Numbered from the whole stretch's first letter, positions 1-12,500 are shown. The stretch is DNA of 62,852 nt, filler included, from Globobulimina sp. (GCA_003354225.1; 50 parts of 50 records of this genome joined end to end with filler, not necessarily neighbours in it); one strand, 5' to 3'. Program-made: numbers and translations. Notes: a model not told the origin generated them from the sequence alone.

Positions 1-1160
1 CCATTTTGATGCATTATTACATTTATGATATTGACAATTTCCATAATGAAAAGCTCTTCTTTTTGTACTGCTGATTTGGGCCAAAACTTTAACAAACCAC
101 TCAGTATAACACCGCCGCCATCGGCAAGTTTTGCATAATTGATACAGCATTGATTCAATTCTTCCCAAAAATGTATTAATCCATGGGACTATGTTTCGGT
201 TTGCAAATAAATTACAAATGTATAAGTACGCTGTGTCGGTCATGCCGCGCGCATAAAATTAAAATAATACGTAACTTTATGCAATGGAACCAATATATTT
301 CTGGCCAAACGGTGGCACGATGCGTTGACAGGAACATCTAAACCAATAATTACAGAGGAAATAATGTGTAACAATTCCAGAATGCCATTGAAATGGTTGA
401 ATTCATTCGAATATATCATTCTGTATAAATAGCCATTGATGATTGCTACAATGCATGTTCTCACTGCCACGCATTTATTATATATTTGCTGTAATATCTG
501 CATTAAATACTTTCTTTCTCTTTGATCGCCAGATGCAAATAATTCAGTTAACTGTGTCAAAAATGTCACTGTAAAATGTGTCTCCATCACTTGTGCTGTG
601 ACATGTTTGTTATTTACGAGTGTCCACAATATTTCATACACAAATTGCAAATGCGGCCATGCCGCATCTTTAAAATGCATATGGTTATCCTGTGGAATTT
701 CATCTATTTTGCTGCTAAACATTGATATTTCAGGTGGTCGATATTGATATGGCAAGGATCGGAACAAATTTTGTGATATTGTTTCTAAACACGTTTCGAA
801 TAAACTTTCCTGAAAACATCCGTCTTGGGTTCGGCTCATACTTTGTGAGATTTGTGATAACATTGTCGTTTTCTTTTGGATTAATTGCATCATTCGCTCA
901 CTCTATGTATAAAAATGTACCTTTTATAGGTTGTATACAAGTAATTAATTCTTAACCGTGTCGAGAAAATTGCATTTTGCTTTGCAAAAATATAATTTTT
1001 GTGAGAATATTTTGGATCGGTCTTCTTTATTACAAATCGAACGTTTTTCAATTCCATTCGATTTATGCTTGATATCATAATTAAAATATTCGCTCCATTC
1101 GCTCCATGGTGCCTCGCCGAATTTATTTATTGCTTTCACGCGAACTCTATATTTGCCGTT
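1..1160 (-). CDS. PP2A regulatory subunit B' (B56 family), partial, with introns at 903-956 and 189-275
   Basis: B56 motifs NLFRSLP, AWPHLQFVYEIL, FASGDQRERKYL, HFNGILELL, ILVPLHK; after splicing, GLLKFWPKSAVQKEELF; both GT-AG introns restore the frame. Confidence 0.92.
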
Positions 1161-1260
1161 NNNNNNNNNNNNNNNNNNNNNNNNNNNNNNNNNNNNNNNN
1201 NNNNTTAATTAATTAANNNNNNNNNNNNNNNNNNNNNNNNNNNNNNNNNNNNNNNNNNNN
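1161..1260. other. Artificial contig linker (44 N + TTAATTAATTAA + 44 N); first of 49 such linkers spaced every ~1259 bp
   Basis: The same linker recurs throughout, contig lengths fall from 1160 to 1158 bp, and TTAATTAATTAA gives stops in all six frames. Confidence 0.99.
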
Positions 1261-2259
1261 TAGACAATTATTAGAAAAAAAAGAAGCAGAACAACAAGCA
1301 AAAATACAAGCTGTTATACCGAGTGTAGTTTTTGATATCAATGATACCTCCAACAACGCACAAAACACACCACATACTCCAGTCACACCACATGAAGGAT
1401 CACCGGAGAATACGCCACGAATTGTTATACAAGAACCACCCAAAGATTTATATAAAAACGATTGCAATGACACTATGCTTATTGAGAAACGAGTTCGGTT
1501 TATTCTGAAAATCTGTGAAATCTTTTTGTTTGAAAACTTTTGCTTAATAATAAATGTCACTCTAAAAACCATGTCAGCGGCGAGCTGCGAGCAAATATCA
1601 CTCACATTTACTCTTTGAAATGTACGCAGGAACCATCCGTGCCACGAGGCTATGCATTGGTGCCCGTGTCCACATTGGATGAAGTTGTTAAAATTAAGAA
1701 TCAAGAGTCCAAATTGCAACAAAAAGAGATTGAGTTATTGAGCAAAGAGAATGAATTGAGTTTAGCGCAAAAACAGAGAGAAATGGAGCAAAAAAAGAAA
1801 GAAATTGAATATGAAGGCAAACAAAAAGAGATTGCGATGCATCAGAAAAACTTGGGGGATATTGAAGATAATATAAAAAAAAGGGAAGATTATAATAGAA
1901 AATTTGAAGAGGAAATAATGAAGAAACAAAAAAACGGAAAGAGGGAAAATATGCGGAGAGATGATAAAAAAAAGAAAAAGAAACACAGAGAGGACGATTA
2001 CGAGGATGACAGAGATAGGAAACGCAGGAAAAAAAAAAGAAAACGAAAGAAGAAAGAGGAGGGATGTACGACGGGGAAATGTTGCAAATGTTTATGCAAA
2101 TTGAGTTCAATTTGTTTAATTATAGCGTTTTTAGCGGGGATTATCGGAATGTATTTCTATTTTGCAGGAGGTAGCGATGATCGCGTTTTCGCTTTTATAG
2201 CCTGGGCGGGGGCGATTGTCGCATTCGTGTTTGGTGTTTGTTTCTATTGTAAAGGATAA
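1261..2259 (+). CDS. Coiled-coil, Lys-rich protein with a Cys cluster and two C-terminal TM helices; 5' truncated, probably intron-containing
   Basis: ORF 1540-2259 has an E/K/Q coiled coil, CCKCLC and two hydrophobic segments. Confidence 0.6.
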
Positions 2260-2528
2260 TGAGTGTGCGTAATCGTTACATTTTTAGTTGTTAAATTTAT
2301 AGTTGCTTTTGTGTTCAATTTGGTGCAAATTGTATATCCGTGTACATGTTTTAATCGATTTGGAATCGCTTTTGAATGTGTTTCTGTATACGTACACAGC
2401 AGAAACTATTTCGATTAGCANNNNNNNNNNNNNNNNNNNNNNNNNNNNNNNNNNNNNNNNNNNNTTAATTAATTAANNNNNNNNNNNNNNNNNNNNNNNN
2501 NNNNNNNNNNNNNNNNNNNNTAAAAAGC

Positions 2529-2608
2529 TGTCAAACAGCTTCTAAATTTCCAATCAGTTCAATAAGTCCACCATTTTTCAAAAGATCGTAAATCCCTTTT
2601 AAATCATG
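2529..2608 (+). repeat. Dispersed repeat family R1, copy 1 (TGTCAAACAGCTTCTAAATTTCCAATCAGTTCAATAAGTCCACC...)
   Basis: Near-identical 60-80 bp copies at 40119-40178 and 47291-47372 on unrelated contigs. Confidence 0.9.
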
Positions 2609-2833
2609 CCAAAAAGGAAAGACATAAACAAAAAATACACAAATAAAATATCCTTGCACTTTCACATACAATAACATTTTTTTTTCAATAATTCAGTTGC
2701 TGGGAAATAAATTATGTCCATATAACCAAAAAACAACATACAACATACAGCAAACACAATCAACAGAAGAGAAATTACAAACAACACAAACTAAAAAAAG
2801 AAGAATGATACATATATAATTATGTGTACGGGA

Positions 2834-3100
2834 TCACATAACCCACGATATGCCCGTATTCAATTTGGTGACCAGTTGGCCGCACCAACTGATGCAGGCA
2901 CTGTCCGATGTGCCTCCGCCGTGATACTCATTTTCAATCTGCGCCAAGATGATGGGGCCGCCATTTTTGCAATCTTTTCCACGAATGTTTGCATATAATT
3001 TTCCCACTGTGTTTGCCTTTTTATGTATAACAAATTGTAGAAAAGAGTGCAGCTGAACTTGTGAGTTGCCGTCGCGGAATGATATGCCTTTCACTTTCAC
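2834..3100 (-). pseudogene. Degenerate GH35 beta-galactosidase fragment
   Basis: NGGPIILAQIENEY...ISWCGQLVTKLNTGISWVM resembles the GH35 acid/base region; it ends in a premature stop and a small duplication (AATGATATGCCTTTCA x2) lies at its 5' side. Confidence 0.65.
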
Positions 3101-3172
3101 ATATATTCACTTTCAATGATATGCCTTTCATAATAACTGCAATTACCTGAATTAAGGCGCCATACCGCCAAT

Positions 3173-3241
3173 ATCCCACGCCAGGATTTGAACCTGGATT
3201 CCTGCATAAAAGCAGTTCTCTTCTAATTGAGCTACATGAGA
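3173..3241 (-). ncRNA. tRNA-like element / tRNA pseudogene with degenerate anticodon arm
   Basis: Minus strand: TCTCATG-TA-GCTC-AATTAGAA-GAGA-A-CTGC-TTTTAT-GCAG-GAAT-CCAGG-TTCAAAT-CCTGG-CGTGGGA-T. It has a 7-bp acceptor stem (with G-U), a perfect T stem, and a 4-bp/6-nt anticodon arm. Confidence 0.75.
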
Positions 3242-3780
3242 TTTATACACCAGCAAATCGCCAACAACAAATTGCAAAGCTGCTGTTGATAATAACGGCA
3301 CTCTTTTCTTATATTTAGCGGCGAAGAGACGCGGCTCAATTACATATAATGAAACTAATAACAATAGCATCACTACATAACGACTTAAGACATGTTCGAC
3401 AGGATTGTAAAAAACATTGAAAAACTCTGTCAAACCGAATGAAAATTCAGTATCACGTTTTTCCTGGCTATATTGTCCATCATACGAAAGGTTATCGATG
3501 GGATCATGACCTAACATTTTCAACCAAAAATGTGTGTGTTTCAACCAAAAATCAAATAGTATTAGTATAGGATCAAATACTTCATCTTTTTGTTTTGGTG
3601 GCACTCGTAAGCACAAATGTTCATACTCTCCCAAACTTTATTTAGTGCACCACAGTTCCAAACTTTCATATCATTTTCGANNNNNNNNNNNNNNNNNNNN
3701 NNNNNNNNNNNNNNNNNNNNNNNNTTAATTAATTAANNNNNNNNNNNNNNNNNNNNNNNNNNNNNNNNNNNNNNNNNNNN

Positions 3781-3963
3781 ATAAATATTCAATATCGTAA
3801 AAACCTTTTTTCAAAAGACATGATTATAAGAATGTACAATTATTTCAAAGAAATATCTAAAAGTATAATCAAGAATGAACTAATTAATATTGAAGAAATC
3901 CAATTATCTCATTCTTTGAACGAAGCAAAAGTTAATGTTTTAGATGATGATTTTGCTTTTTAG
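3781..3963 (+). CDS. C-terminus of a bacterial NRPS protein (end of a condensation domain)
   Basis: INIQYRKNLFSKDMIIRMYNYFKEI...DDDFAF* matches the YxxxLFxxxxIxR end of C domains; it stops 29 bp before the next NRPS ORF. Confidence 0.65.
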   Translation: MNIQYRKNLFSKDMIIRMYNYFKEISKSIIKNELINIEEIQLSHSLNEAKVNVLDDDFAF

Positions 3964-3992
3964 AGTTGAGTAAACCTGCATTTTAAAGAAAT

Positions 3993-4940
3993 ATGAAAAA
4001 TAAAACAAGCACAATTGAGTATAGCGACCAAATAGTCATCATATCAGAACAGAAAAAAGACGATAAAAAATATTGGCTTGAAAAACTATCTGATATTCCA
4101 GGTGGACATTTACAAACGGATTATAGAAATATTAGTAAAATTGAGAACAATGAAGAAAAGTTAAAGAGCAAGATTTGTTATTTGGATGAAAAGCTCAACA
4201 AACGTGCACTTGAAATATGTAAATATTCTGAATACAAACTACATGCCTTGTTTACAGGAGCATTAGTTTCATTGTTGTATAAATATAACAATGCAAAAAA
4301 ATTTGCTATCTGTTCTCCAATATATAAACAAAATAAAAAAACTGATTTTATTAATACTTTTATACCTATTATAAACAGTTTAGAAGATAAATATTCATTT
4401 AAAGATGTACTATTAAAAGTAACTAAAGCAATATCAGAATCAACAGAGAACCAAAATTATCCAATTAAATATTTAATCGAAAATCATTTCAATGAACAGC
4501 ATTTAAAACAGAACAAACCAATTTATGACATTGTAATTATGGTAGAGGGCATACATGATAAAACTTATATAGACGATCTATGCCCAAATGTTTTATTTAA
4601 CTTTATACTAGTAGAAAATAGGATACAAATTAATACTCAATACAATCCTTTACTTTATAAAGAGGCTTCAATTGATAGAATAATTTCTGATTATGTTAAT
4701 CTTTTGGACGAAGTTTTATTTAATGTAAATATTACTTTATCAGAATTAGCTATAGTAAACTATAAATTCAGTTGTTACATAATTGGAGAATCCTCAATCG
4801 TAATAAAATGCGCTGACATTATTTTGGATAATGGACATGAAATACGAGGCATTGTATCTAACGATAAACAAATTGAACAATGGTGCAGTTCAAATAAGAT
4901 TACAATAATTAAAACAGTAAACAAAAATGATATATATTTG
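3993..4940 (+). CDS. Bacterial NRPS: partial condensation domain followed by the start of a formyltransferase-like domain (3' truncated)
   Basis: YWLEKL, FKDVLLKV...ENQNYPI, QYNPLLYKEASIDRI (C domain), then FSCYIIGESSIVIKCADIILDNGHEIRGIVS (formyltransferase N-terminus); no introns, operon-like spacing. Confidence 0.8.
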
Positions 4941-5042
4941 NNNNNNNNNNNNNNNNNNNNNNNNNNNNNNNNNNNNNNNNNNNNTTAATTAATTAANNNN
5001 NNNNNNNNNNNNNNNNNNNNNNNNNNNNNNNNNNNNNNNNTT

Positions 5043-6143
5043 CAAACAACATATTCAGTTTCTGTTGTTGACGCAAGTGGCTGTGAAAGCAATTTGGAAT
5101 ATGTAACAGTTTCTGTTACAACACCGGTTGAAATTGATTTAATTGCAAATAACGATCATATTTGCCCTGGCGATAATGTGGTAATTACAACAAATATTAA
5201 TAATGGAGTTCCACCATATTATATTTATAATGAAAATGGGAATATAATAACATCTCCAATTCTTGTGAATCCAAACGATACAACAGAATATATTATTTCA
5301 GTTGTAGATCAATGTGGATTTGAAATAAGCGATAGTATTACCATATATACTTATCCTCTTCCTAAGGTTGAAATTAGTTCCGATTCTGTTGTTGGGTGTG
5401 AGCCATTTACTGTAGCTTTTAATAGTTTGTATGCTGCTCAATCTTATAATTGGAATTTTGGCGATAATGATAACAATAACCTTTCATTTAGCAGTGACCC
5501 AACACATACATACAATAATGCAGGGGTTTATGATGTTACTCTCACTGTTACTTCTGGTCTGGGATGTATAAATTCCATTACAGAAGAAAATATGATAACT
5601 GTTTATATTAAACCACAAGCAAAATTTGTTAATGATCCGGAGGTTGCCAGTGTAATAAAACCTATCATTAATTTTACTAATCTTTCATTAAATCACGCTA
5701 TATCATATTGGAATTTCGGTGATGAAACCGAATCGACAATTGAAAATCCTACTCACTATTATCCTGTATACCCAACAGGAAAATACAATGTAATGTTGGT
5801 AGTAGAATCTGCGAATGCTTGCTTCGACTCTACATATGCTAGTGTTGTTATAAAAGATGAGTATACATTTTATGCACCAACTGCCTTCAGTCCTGATTTT
5901 GATGCTACAAATGATGTATTTTATGTTTTTGGTAATGGCATTGATAGAAGAAATTTTAAAATTTTCATTTATGATCGTTGGGGTGAAGTTGTTTATGAAA
6001 GTGATGATATTTTAGAAGGCTGGGATGGTAGGATTAATGGTGGAGATATTGGTAAAATTGGAACATATACATGGCTCTGCATTTACAAAGACCAGAAAGC
6101 TATTGAACATCAAAAAGCTGGTGCAGTTACTATTATTAGATAG
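5043..6143 (+). CDS. Bacteroidota PKD-domain protein with gliding-motility-associated (T9SS type B, CHU_C) C-terminal domain; 5' truncated
   Basis: Two PKD motifs (WNFGD...PTHTY/PTHYY) and a terminal YAPTAFSPDFDATNDVF...IYDRWGE...WDG...GTYTW...GAVTIIR. Confidence 0.92.
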   Translation, partial: QTTYSVSVVDASGCESNLEYVTVSVTTPVEIDLIANNDHICPGDNVVITTNINNGVPPYYIYNENGNIITSPILVNPNDTTEYIISVVDQCGFEISDSITIYTYPLPKVEISSDSVVGCEPFTVAFNSLYAAQSYNWNFGDNDNNNLSFSSDPTHTYNNAGVYDVTLTVTSGLGCINSITEENMITVYIKPQAKFVNDPEVASVIKPIINFTNLSLNHAISYWNFGDETESTIENPTHYYPVYPTGKYNVMLVVESANACFDSTYASVVIKDEYTFYAPTAFSPDFDATNDVFYVFGNGIDRRNFKIFIYDRWGEVVYESDDILEGWDGRINGGDIGKIGTYTWLCIYKDQKAIEHQKAGAVTIIR

Positions 6144-6408
6144 ATTTATCATGCTTTTTTATCAAGTCAAACGGCATCTACATTATAAAAGTAACAACTA
6201 NNNNNNNNNNNNNNNNNNNNNNNNNNNNNNNNNNNNNNNNNNNNTTAATTAATTAANNNNNNNNNNNNNNNNNNNNNNNNNNNNNNNNNNNNNNNNNNNN
6301 ATATGTGCAATGATATGATCATAACCCCTCATATATATGTGCAATGATATGATCATAACCCCTCATATATATATATAGCATGCAGCAGATCGACCAGTAA
6401 TAAATATC

Positions 6409-7460
6409 ATGCTTCATCTTCAGCGCACAGCTCATGGAGCTAAACAAGAAACATTACGAAAATTTGCACACGGATGGATCGATACCACTTTATCAACGTT
6501 ATTTGATACCGCATTATCATTATATGAAACAGAAGGTGCTTCGCAATGTGTATTAAAAAAACACAATTTTACACAATCAGAGTTGGATTTGTATAATAAA
6601 TGTCGATTGGCTTTGGGTAATAATGACAATATTCCATTGGATTTAGGTGATCTCGGCAATATTCCATTGGATTTAGGTGATCTCGGCAAGGTGCCATTGA
6701 ATATATTTAGTGGTAAAAAAAATGTTTTAGATTCAGTATTGAATGATATCACAGCAATGAATACATTTGTAATGGATATGGAGGTGGACACATCACATAA
6801 TAGTACAGAAGAGATAGAGGTTGAGACGTATATAAATAATAATAAAAAAAGGAAAAATGTGAAAAAAAAGAAAAAAAAGAATATATTTAATGAAGCTGCA
6901 AATAATGACCAGTTGAATGAAATGGTAGATAAATATTTAAAAAAAAAAAAGGAGTGTCGGAGTAAAAAATATAGAAAAAAAAAAACAATTCTTTCTGGCG
7001 CAGTCGACGAAACTCCTTCTCCTCCACCACCTCCAAAAAAAAAACGAAAAGTTGACTTGAATAGTAATGCAGTTGAGGTTGGGGAAGTGCGTTATGTTCA
7101 ATGGGTAATGTTAGAATGTGTAAAAGCGAATGCGTACTGGCGAAAGGCATCATATCGATGTCCAATTTGTCTGATTGACCTGGTATATAACTCATGGGCA
7201 AAACATTTAATGATGCATCGTGCACATGGATCAAAAGCATACCCTGAAGTAGTATACAACGTTTCTGTATTATGTTCAAATGATTATTGTATAAATAAAG
7301 GTAGAGTATTTTCTGCTGAACGTGCTTGGGTTTCACATTATAATAATTGTAAATGTCCTCCGAAAAAGTTTAGTGGTCAAACAGATTGGCCAGCATTTGC
7401 TAAACCATTTGTTAAAGAAGAAAATGAAAGAGATTCAAAAAAAAATCAAAAAAAACCCCG
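6409..7460 (+). CDS. Unknown protein with Lys-rich NLS-like tracts and Cys/His zinc-finger-like motifs; 3' truncated
   Basis: Uninterrupted ORF; CPIC-x8-W-x2-HLMMH and C-x4-C...H-x3-C; internal 30-bp duplication NIPLDLGDLG. Confidence 0.5.
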
Positions 7461-7632
7461 NNNNNNNNNNNNNNNNNNNNNNNNNNNNNNNNNNNNNNNN
7501 NNNNTTAATTAATTAANNNNNNNNNNNNNNNNNNNNNNNNNNNNNNNNNNNNNNNNNNNNATGATGCGTTGCTTAGTTTACTTCAAAAAAACATTAAGCA
7601 AGCAAGTTGCAGTATTTTCCATATTTCCTGAT

Positions 7633-8513
7633 CATGGGCACTTCACAGTGTACCGGTACATTAAAAAAAAATTCAATTACCAACTTGACAGCAAATAAGG
7701 AATTCAATAAAAGTATTGGGACTATATTCATACGTGGCTACATTCACTCCATTGGGCACAACTGTCCATCATTGACGCTTCCGACTGAGTTGTTTGATCT
7801 TATCCGATCGTTCTATGGAAAGGAGTTTATTGATATATTGGTATATATTGCAATTTTCCATTTACATAATTTAATATCACTTCATACAAAAAAAAAAGAC
7901 ATTTAGCGTTGTTTCAAACGGTAAACACCAACACCATCTTTTATCGCTTTTAGATGATAACAATAAATGTGTAGAGATTATTAAAAACAAAACAGTTACG
8001 GATGAGGAGAAAAAAAAGAAAAAAAGACCCATATTTAGTGAGCCTGACGATGTTGGTTTTATATCTGTTACTGCTCATTACGAGTATTTTGGGGTTCATT
8101 GTTGGAGGATTTGCACTTTTCATCCAAATTACACCGCTAACACGAATATTGTATATGGAGTGAGTCCACCCACTCAATGTTTGACAGCTGCCGAAGCAGT
8201 GACATATGGAACTAAAATCAATAAAGAAAGTCTGGCTCATTCCAATCAAAACAAATGCTCCATTGATATTTTGCTGGATATAGATAGGAAAACGTTGAGA
8301 ATTTGCGTAGTAAATCAAAATAATACAGAAGTGTGTTTTGATAATATTATCGGTAAGCGGCCGACTCACGGCTTATGTTATGGGCCGACTGATGGCTTAT
8401 GTTGGGACGGTTGGATGCCTTTTATTTATTATAAAGATGCTAAAGGTGCTCAATTTAGAATCGCTAAAATCCCCAATCATTTGTATTCAAAAGAAGTACC
8501 AATATGGCATTGA
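7633..8513 (+). CDS. Lineage-expanded 'GYI...P.EL..LI..FY' family protein with SPRY-like C-terminus; multi-exon, possibly degenerate
   Basis: IRGYIHSI...LPTELFDLIRSFY, and downstream IDILLDIDRKTLRICVV...GWMPFI. Confidence 0.45.
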
Positions 8514-8820
8514 ATTTTCCTATTCTTCTCATTGTGTTTTTGTTTGTAGCTTATATTCAACTACTTAGTAGGTACGATAATCATAAAAAATGTTACAAAC
8601 TGTGAGTACACTAAGACAGCATGGTCACTTGTCCTGTAAATCCGCAGCAAGTTTATTACAACCCTGCATCCAAACACGAAATGTCATCAACGCCCCCTCC
8701 GATTTCAAACCGCCAGTAGTNNNNNNNNNNNNNNNNNNNNNNNNNNNNNNNNNNNNNNNNNNNNTTAATTAATTAANNNNNNNNNNNNNNNNNNNNNNNN
8801 NNNNNNNNNNNNNNNNNNNN

Positions 8821-9131
8821 AGTGTGATTTTGTTTTGGTTACGTCACATTAGTTGGAAATATGAGACGTCTCACATTTTGTATATATGTGACGTAACGCA
8901 TTTTTGAAATATGGGACGTCTCACTTTTTGTATATATGTGACGTAACGCTTTTTTGAAATATGGGACGTCACGCATATTTTTTAAATGGTGTGACGTCCC
9001 ATATTTTCAAAATGTGTGACTTTCACCATGAGACGTAACATATATTAAAATTACGTGACGTCACATATATACAAAATGTGAGACGTCTCATATTTCCAAC
9101 TAATGTGACGTAACCAAAACAAAATCACACT
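8821..9131. mobile_element. Foldback/MITE-like element with ~74-bp inverted arms built from GACGT subrepeats
   Basis: 8821-8894 is the reverse complement of 9058-9131; the interior consists of related TGTGACGT/GAGACGTCTC units. Confidence 0.8.
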
Positions 9132-9438
9132 GTGACGTTTTTGGTCTTGCTGCTATGTATTTCGCCAACATATCAAAAGAGATTGGAATGAGGAAACATG
9201 GCAGAGAATACATAATGAAATGAGCAAAAGAGTACCGGTGCATTCATTAACAGATAGGTGCAGATGGAGAGACTTACATAAAAATTGGCTAAACATAAAA
9301 ACAAAATGGAAAATGAAACAAATTGTAAATAATAACATTTTATGGCCTTTCTTTTCTATCACTGAACTAAAACCCTTTTAAAGTCCGATCTGAAACCAAA
9401 CAAAATCATATAAACAAACATCACATCATCGAAAATTA

Positions 9439-9980
9439 TCAATTTGGTAATGTGTTTCCTTGAACTTTTAATTTTGTTGAAATGAAAATAATGCAAATCG
9501 CAATCAAAAATACGAGAAATAAAGATAAAGAGATTAAATACCATACATAATCAATTGATATATTCCACAGAAATCCAATTAATAAACCAGATGATGCATC
9601 GATCACATTTCCGATAGTAAATATGACGGAAAGTATTTTTGATTGCGACTGTTCTGTTTTTAATAATGGCATTGCTAAATATGGAATTATCATTGTAACA
9701 CCAAAGGAATATCCAAAACAAAAAAACACAATCCATCCAACATTGTAATAATGTATAAAACGAACCCATAGAAATAGCAAAACCGCCGGAATCAATGCAA
9801 ATAATGACAAACAAGAGTTTGCTATAATTTGTTTTTTTGAATCGCATTCATCCACATTATACGATAATATTTTTAATGTGAATGGATACAGCAACATTGA
9901 TAGCAATGTGCCGACAGCGGCCACTGCCATCATTACCAATGATAACCCATCACTTTTATTTGCAAATTTGGTAGTTAGAT
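9439..9980 (-). CDS. MFS-like multi-pass transporter, C-terminal half (partial, possibly frameshifted)
   Basis: About five hydrophobic helices in ORF 9439-9939 with MFS-like spacing (QSKILSV, GLLIGFLWNIS). Confidence 0.5.
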
Positions 9981-10080
9981 NNNNNNNNNNNNNNNNNNNN
10001 NNNNNNNNNNNNNNNNNNNNNNNNTTAATTAATTAANNNNNNNNNNNNNNNNNNNNNNNNNNNNNNNNNNNNNNNNNNNN

Positions 10081-11240
10081 GAAAAAGACGCCACTCGCAG
10101 GAGAATTAATATTGACCAGTTTCAATGAGCGCGTTTGCGACGGGATCGTCGTACATCGCTGTCCATTGATATACAGCTCAATGCTGTCATTTACAGGCCT
10201 CGAGGGACTAACAAACTCTTTCAAACCCATTTTTAAATACTCCCTTTGATTCCAAAACTGCGATTTAAATTTTTCGGGATGGTTCTGGCGTTCCATGGCA
10301 AATTTATAAGTTATCATCGCATCATAGCCAACGGACAAATAACATAGAAACTGCGCAGGTAATGGCGGACTGAAAGTGTTATTGATATATTGAGCAGAAA
10401 GCGAATATTCAATGTGCCAGCGATCGAGCACACTGAATCGTTTTGCGATATTATAACAATATTCAGCATCGGCAATATATTTAATAATTTTGTTGGCTGT
10501 TCGCTCCATGCAGCCCCATCCCAACGCTCTCGACAAATCATTGCCAGTGCCAACAGGAAAGGGAATTATTGTGGGATAGGCAATGTATTTCAGAGCAGAT
10601 CTGATGGCGCGATCAATTAATGAAGTGGCCCAACTTTGACTGCCATCACCTACCAACGCAAAAAATCAAACAAAAATAATTTGCACAAAAATAATTTACG
10701 TACCTCCAACAATACAGACGATGACTTTATGCTCATATGCGGCTAAATCATGTGCTAATTTATCAATCTCTTTTTGAGATGAATTTAGTTTAAATAAATC
10801 GTACATTAATGGTGTATATGCCCTAAAATGCTTAAGTAGCGATAATGCTTTTTTGCCTCCGGAGCGACTGTTGTATAAAAACAGTATATGTTTACATTCT
10901 TGCTTTGTGCGCGGATCTTGGTTTTGTATGTCGGCGGTTTTAATTTCGTTCTTGTCATCATCCAAATCATCGAAACCAACAGAAAAAAGAGTGGAAAGTG
11001 GGTTTTTAAAATTAGGTTGTTTCTGGTTATAACTGGTGACATGAATTGGTAGATCTTCTGCAATCTCTTTGCTGTCATCTGATAAATATGTCATATCAAA
11101 GTCCATTGTCGATGACACAGAACTTTCGTATTCATTTGGTGAGAATGGTCGTTCTTTTGTATTTGCGAACATTGACTTTGCTGATGTCAGTACTTTTGGT
11201 GGTCGTATTTTTGAATTTGTGACCAGGGACTTGGATGATG
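10081..11240 (-). CDS. Diacylglycerol kinase (catalytic plus accessory domain), partial; intron 10650-10703
   Basis: NSRSGG, spliced VGGDGS, PVGTGNDLSRALGWG, LDRW, YLSVGYDA. Confidence 0.93.
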
Positions 11241-11677
11241 NNNNNNNNNNNNNNNNNNNNNNNNNNNNNNNNNNNNNNNNNNNNTTAATTAATTAANNNN
11301 NNNNNNNNNNNNNNNNNNNNNNNNNNNNNNNNNNNNNNNNTTGCTGGAGATTCAATGAACGGAAATGTTCTTTGGCGATCAAATATTTATTATCCATGAC
11401 GTCCGAAGGCAATTCAAAAAAGAATTGATTCATTGAAAAAAATAATATCCCCATGAATAAAGTCATCAACAGCACACCATTTGAATGTTTCCGTGTAATC
11501 AGACATTTTTTACAACACATCATTCGAGTTGCAGCATTTATTAGCTTCAACAAAAAATAGCGAGAATATATTTTAAAGGTTTTTACCGACAAAAACATTT
11601 TAGGCCACGTTGCATTTTCTATCACAAGCAATCACACAAACAAAAAGCAAGCACTTTCACAGTAATACGCACGATAA

Positions 11678-12500
11678 ATGGCCGCCGTCCCAGAAGAAAA
11701 AGTAAACGTTCAACTCGCACGTTTAGGCGGCTCGAAAGAAACATTTATAGTGGATCTATATTGGACAGTCGACGATTTATTAAACACAATCTCTACGAGA
11801 TTTGAAGTCCCCAAAGACAATTTAAAGCTGCTATGCAAAGGGAAAATGTTAAACCATAAGATCGCAAATAAAACATTAAAATGCTTAAAAATAAAAAAAA
11901 ATGATAAAATAATTTTAATGAATAAAAAAGTCATTATCAAAAACAAAAACAAACCGAAAAACAACCACAACCACAACACCAACACCAACCATAACAACCC
12001 ACCACAAGCAGCGCCCCAAAATAACATAGATGACGCCCTTAAACGCAAAAAAAACCTCTCCGAAATCAAAGCAGCCGCCGAGAAGTTAGCGCAACGCGAC
12101 AACGACGGCTATGATTGGAACGCCAATTATTACATCGAGCTAACCAACCAAAACGGAGACAAAATCCGCTTACCAGAGCACCAAAGACAAGCCTTGACCG
12201 TCGGCCTGACCTTACACGAGAAAGGCAAGAAATTCATGAAATCAGCGCACTACAAAGACGCCATTTATATCATGAACCTGGCATTTGAGAGTTTGGGCAA
12301 AGTGGATTCCTCCTTCCTGCAATCCGTCGATAATTATGGCTTATTGGCATTGGACATTGTATGGTGTCACTACTTGGACGGCGACCAAACGCAGCTCAGC
12401 CACGCCGGCAAATGGCTGCAAATCGCCGAGATTGGCTTGCAACGCGCCCACGGAAAGAATCTGTCGCGCTTAAAACAAATCCGCTGCCAACAAAATATGA
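11678..12500 (+). CDS. NUB1: NEDD8 ultimate buster 1-like protein (UBL domain), 3' truncated
   Basis: N-terminal UBL (LKLLCKGKML), IELTNQNG..IRLP, LTLHEKGK, VDNYGLLALDIVWCHY, HGKNLSRL. Confidence 0.85.

Noticed and set aside
3173..3241. Functional tRNA call
   Set aside because: No 7-nt anticodon loop and no D-loop GG, so no anticodon can be assigned
3152..3634. 160-aa ORF as a real gene
   Set aside because: Non-ATG start, no recognisable motifs, and it overlaps the tRNA-like element
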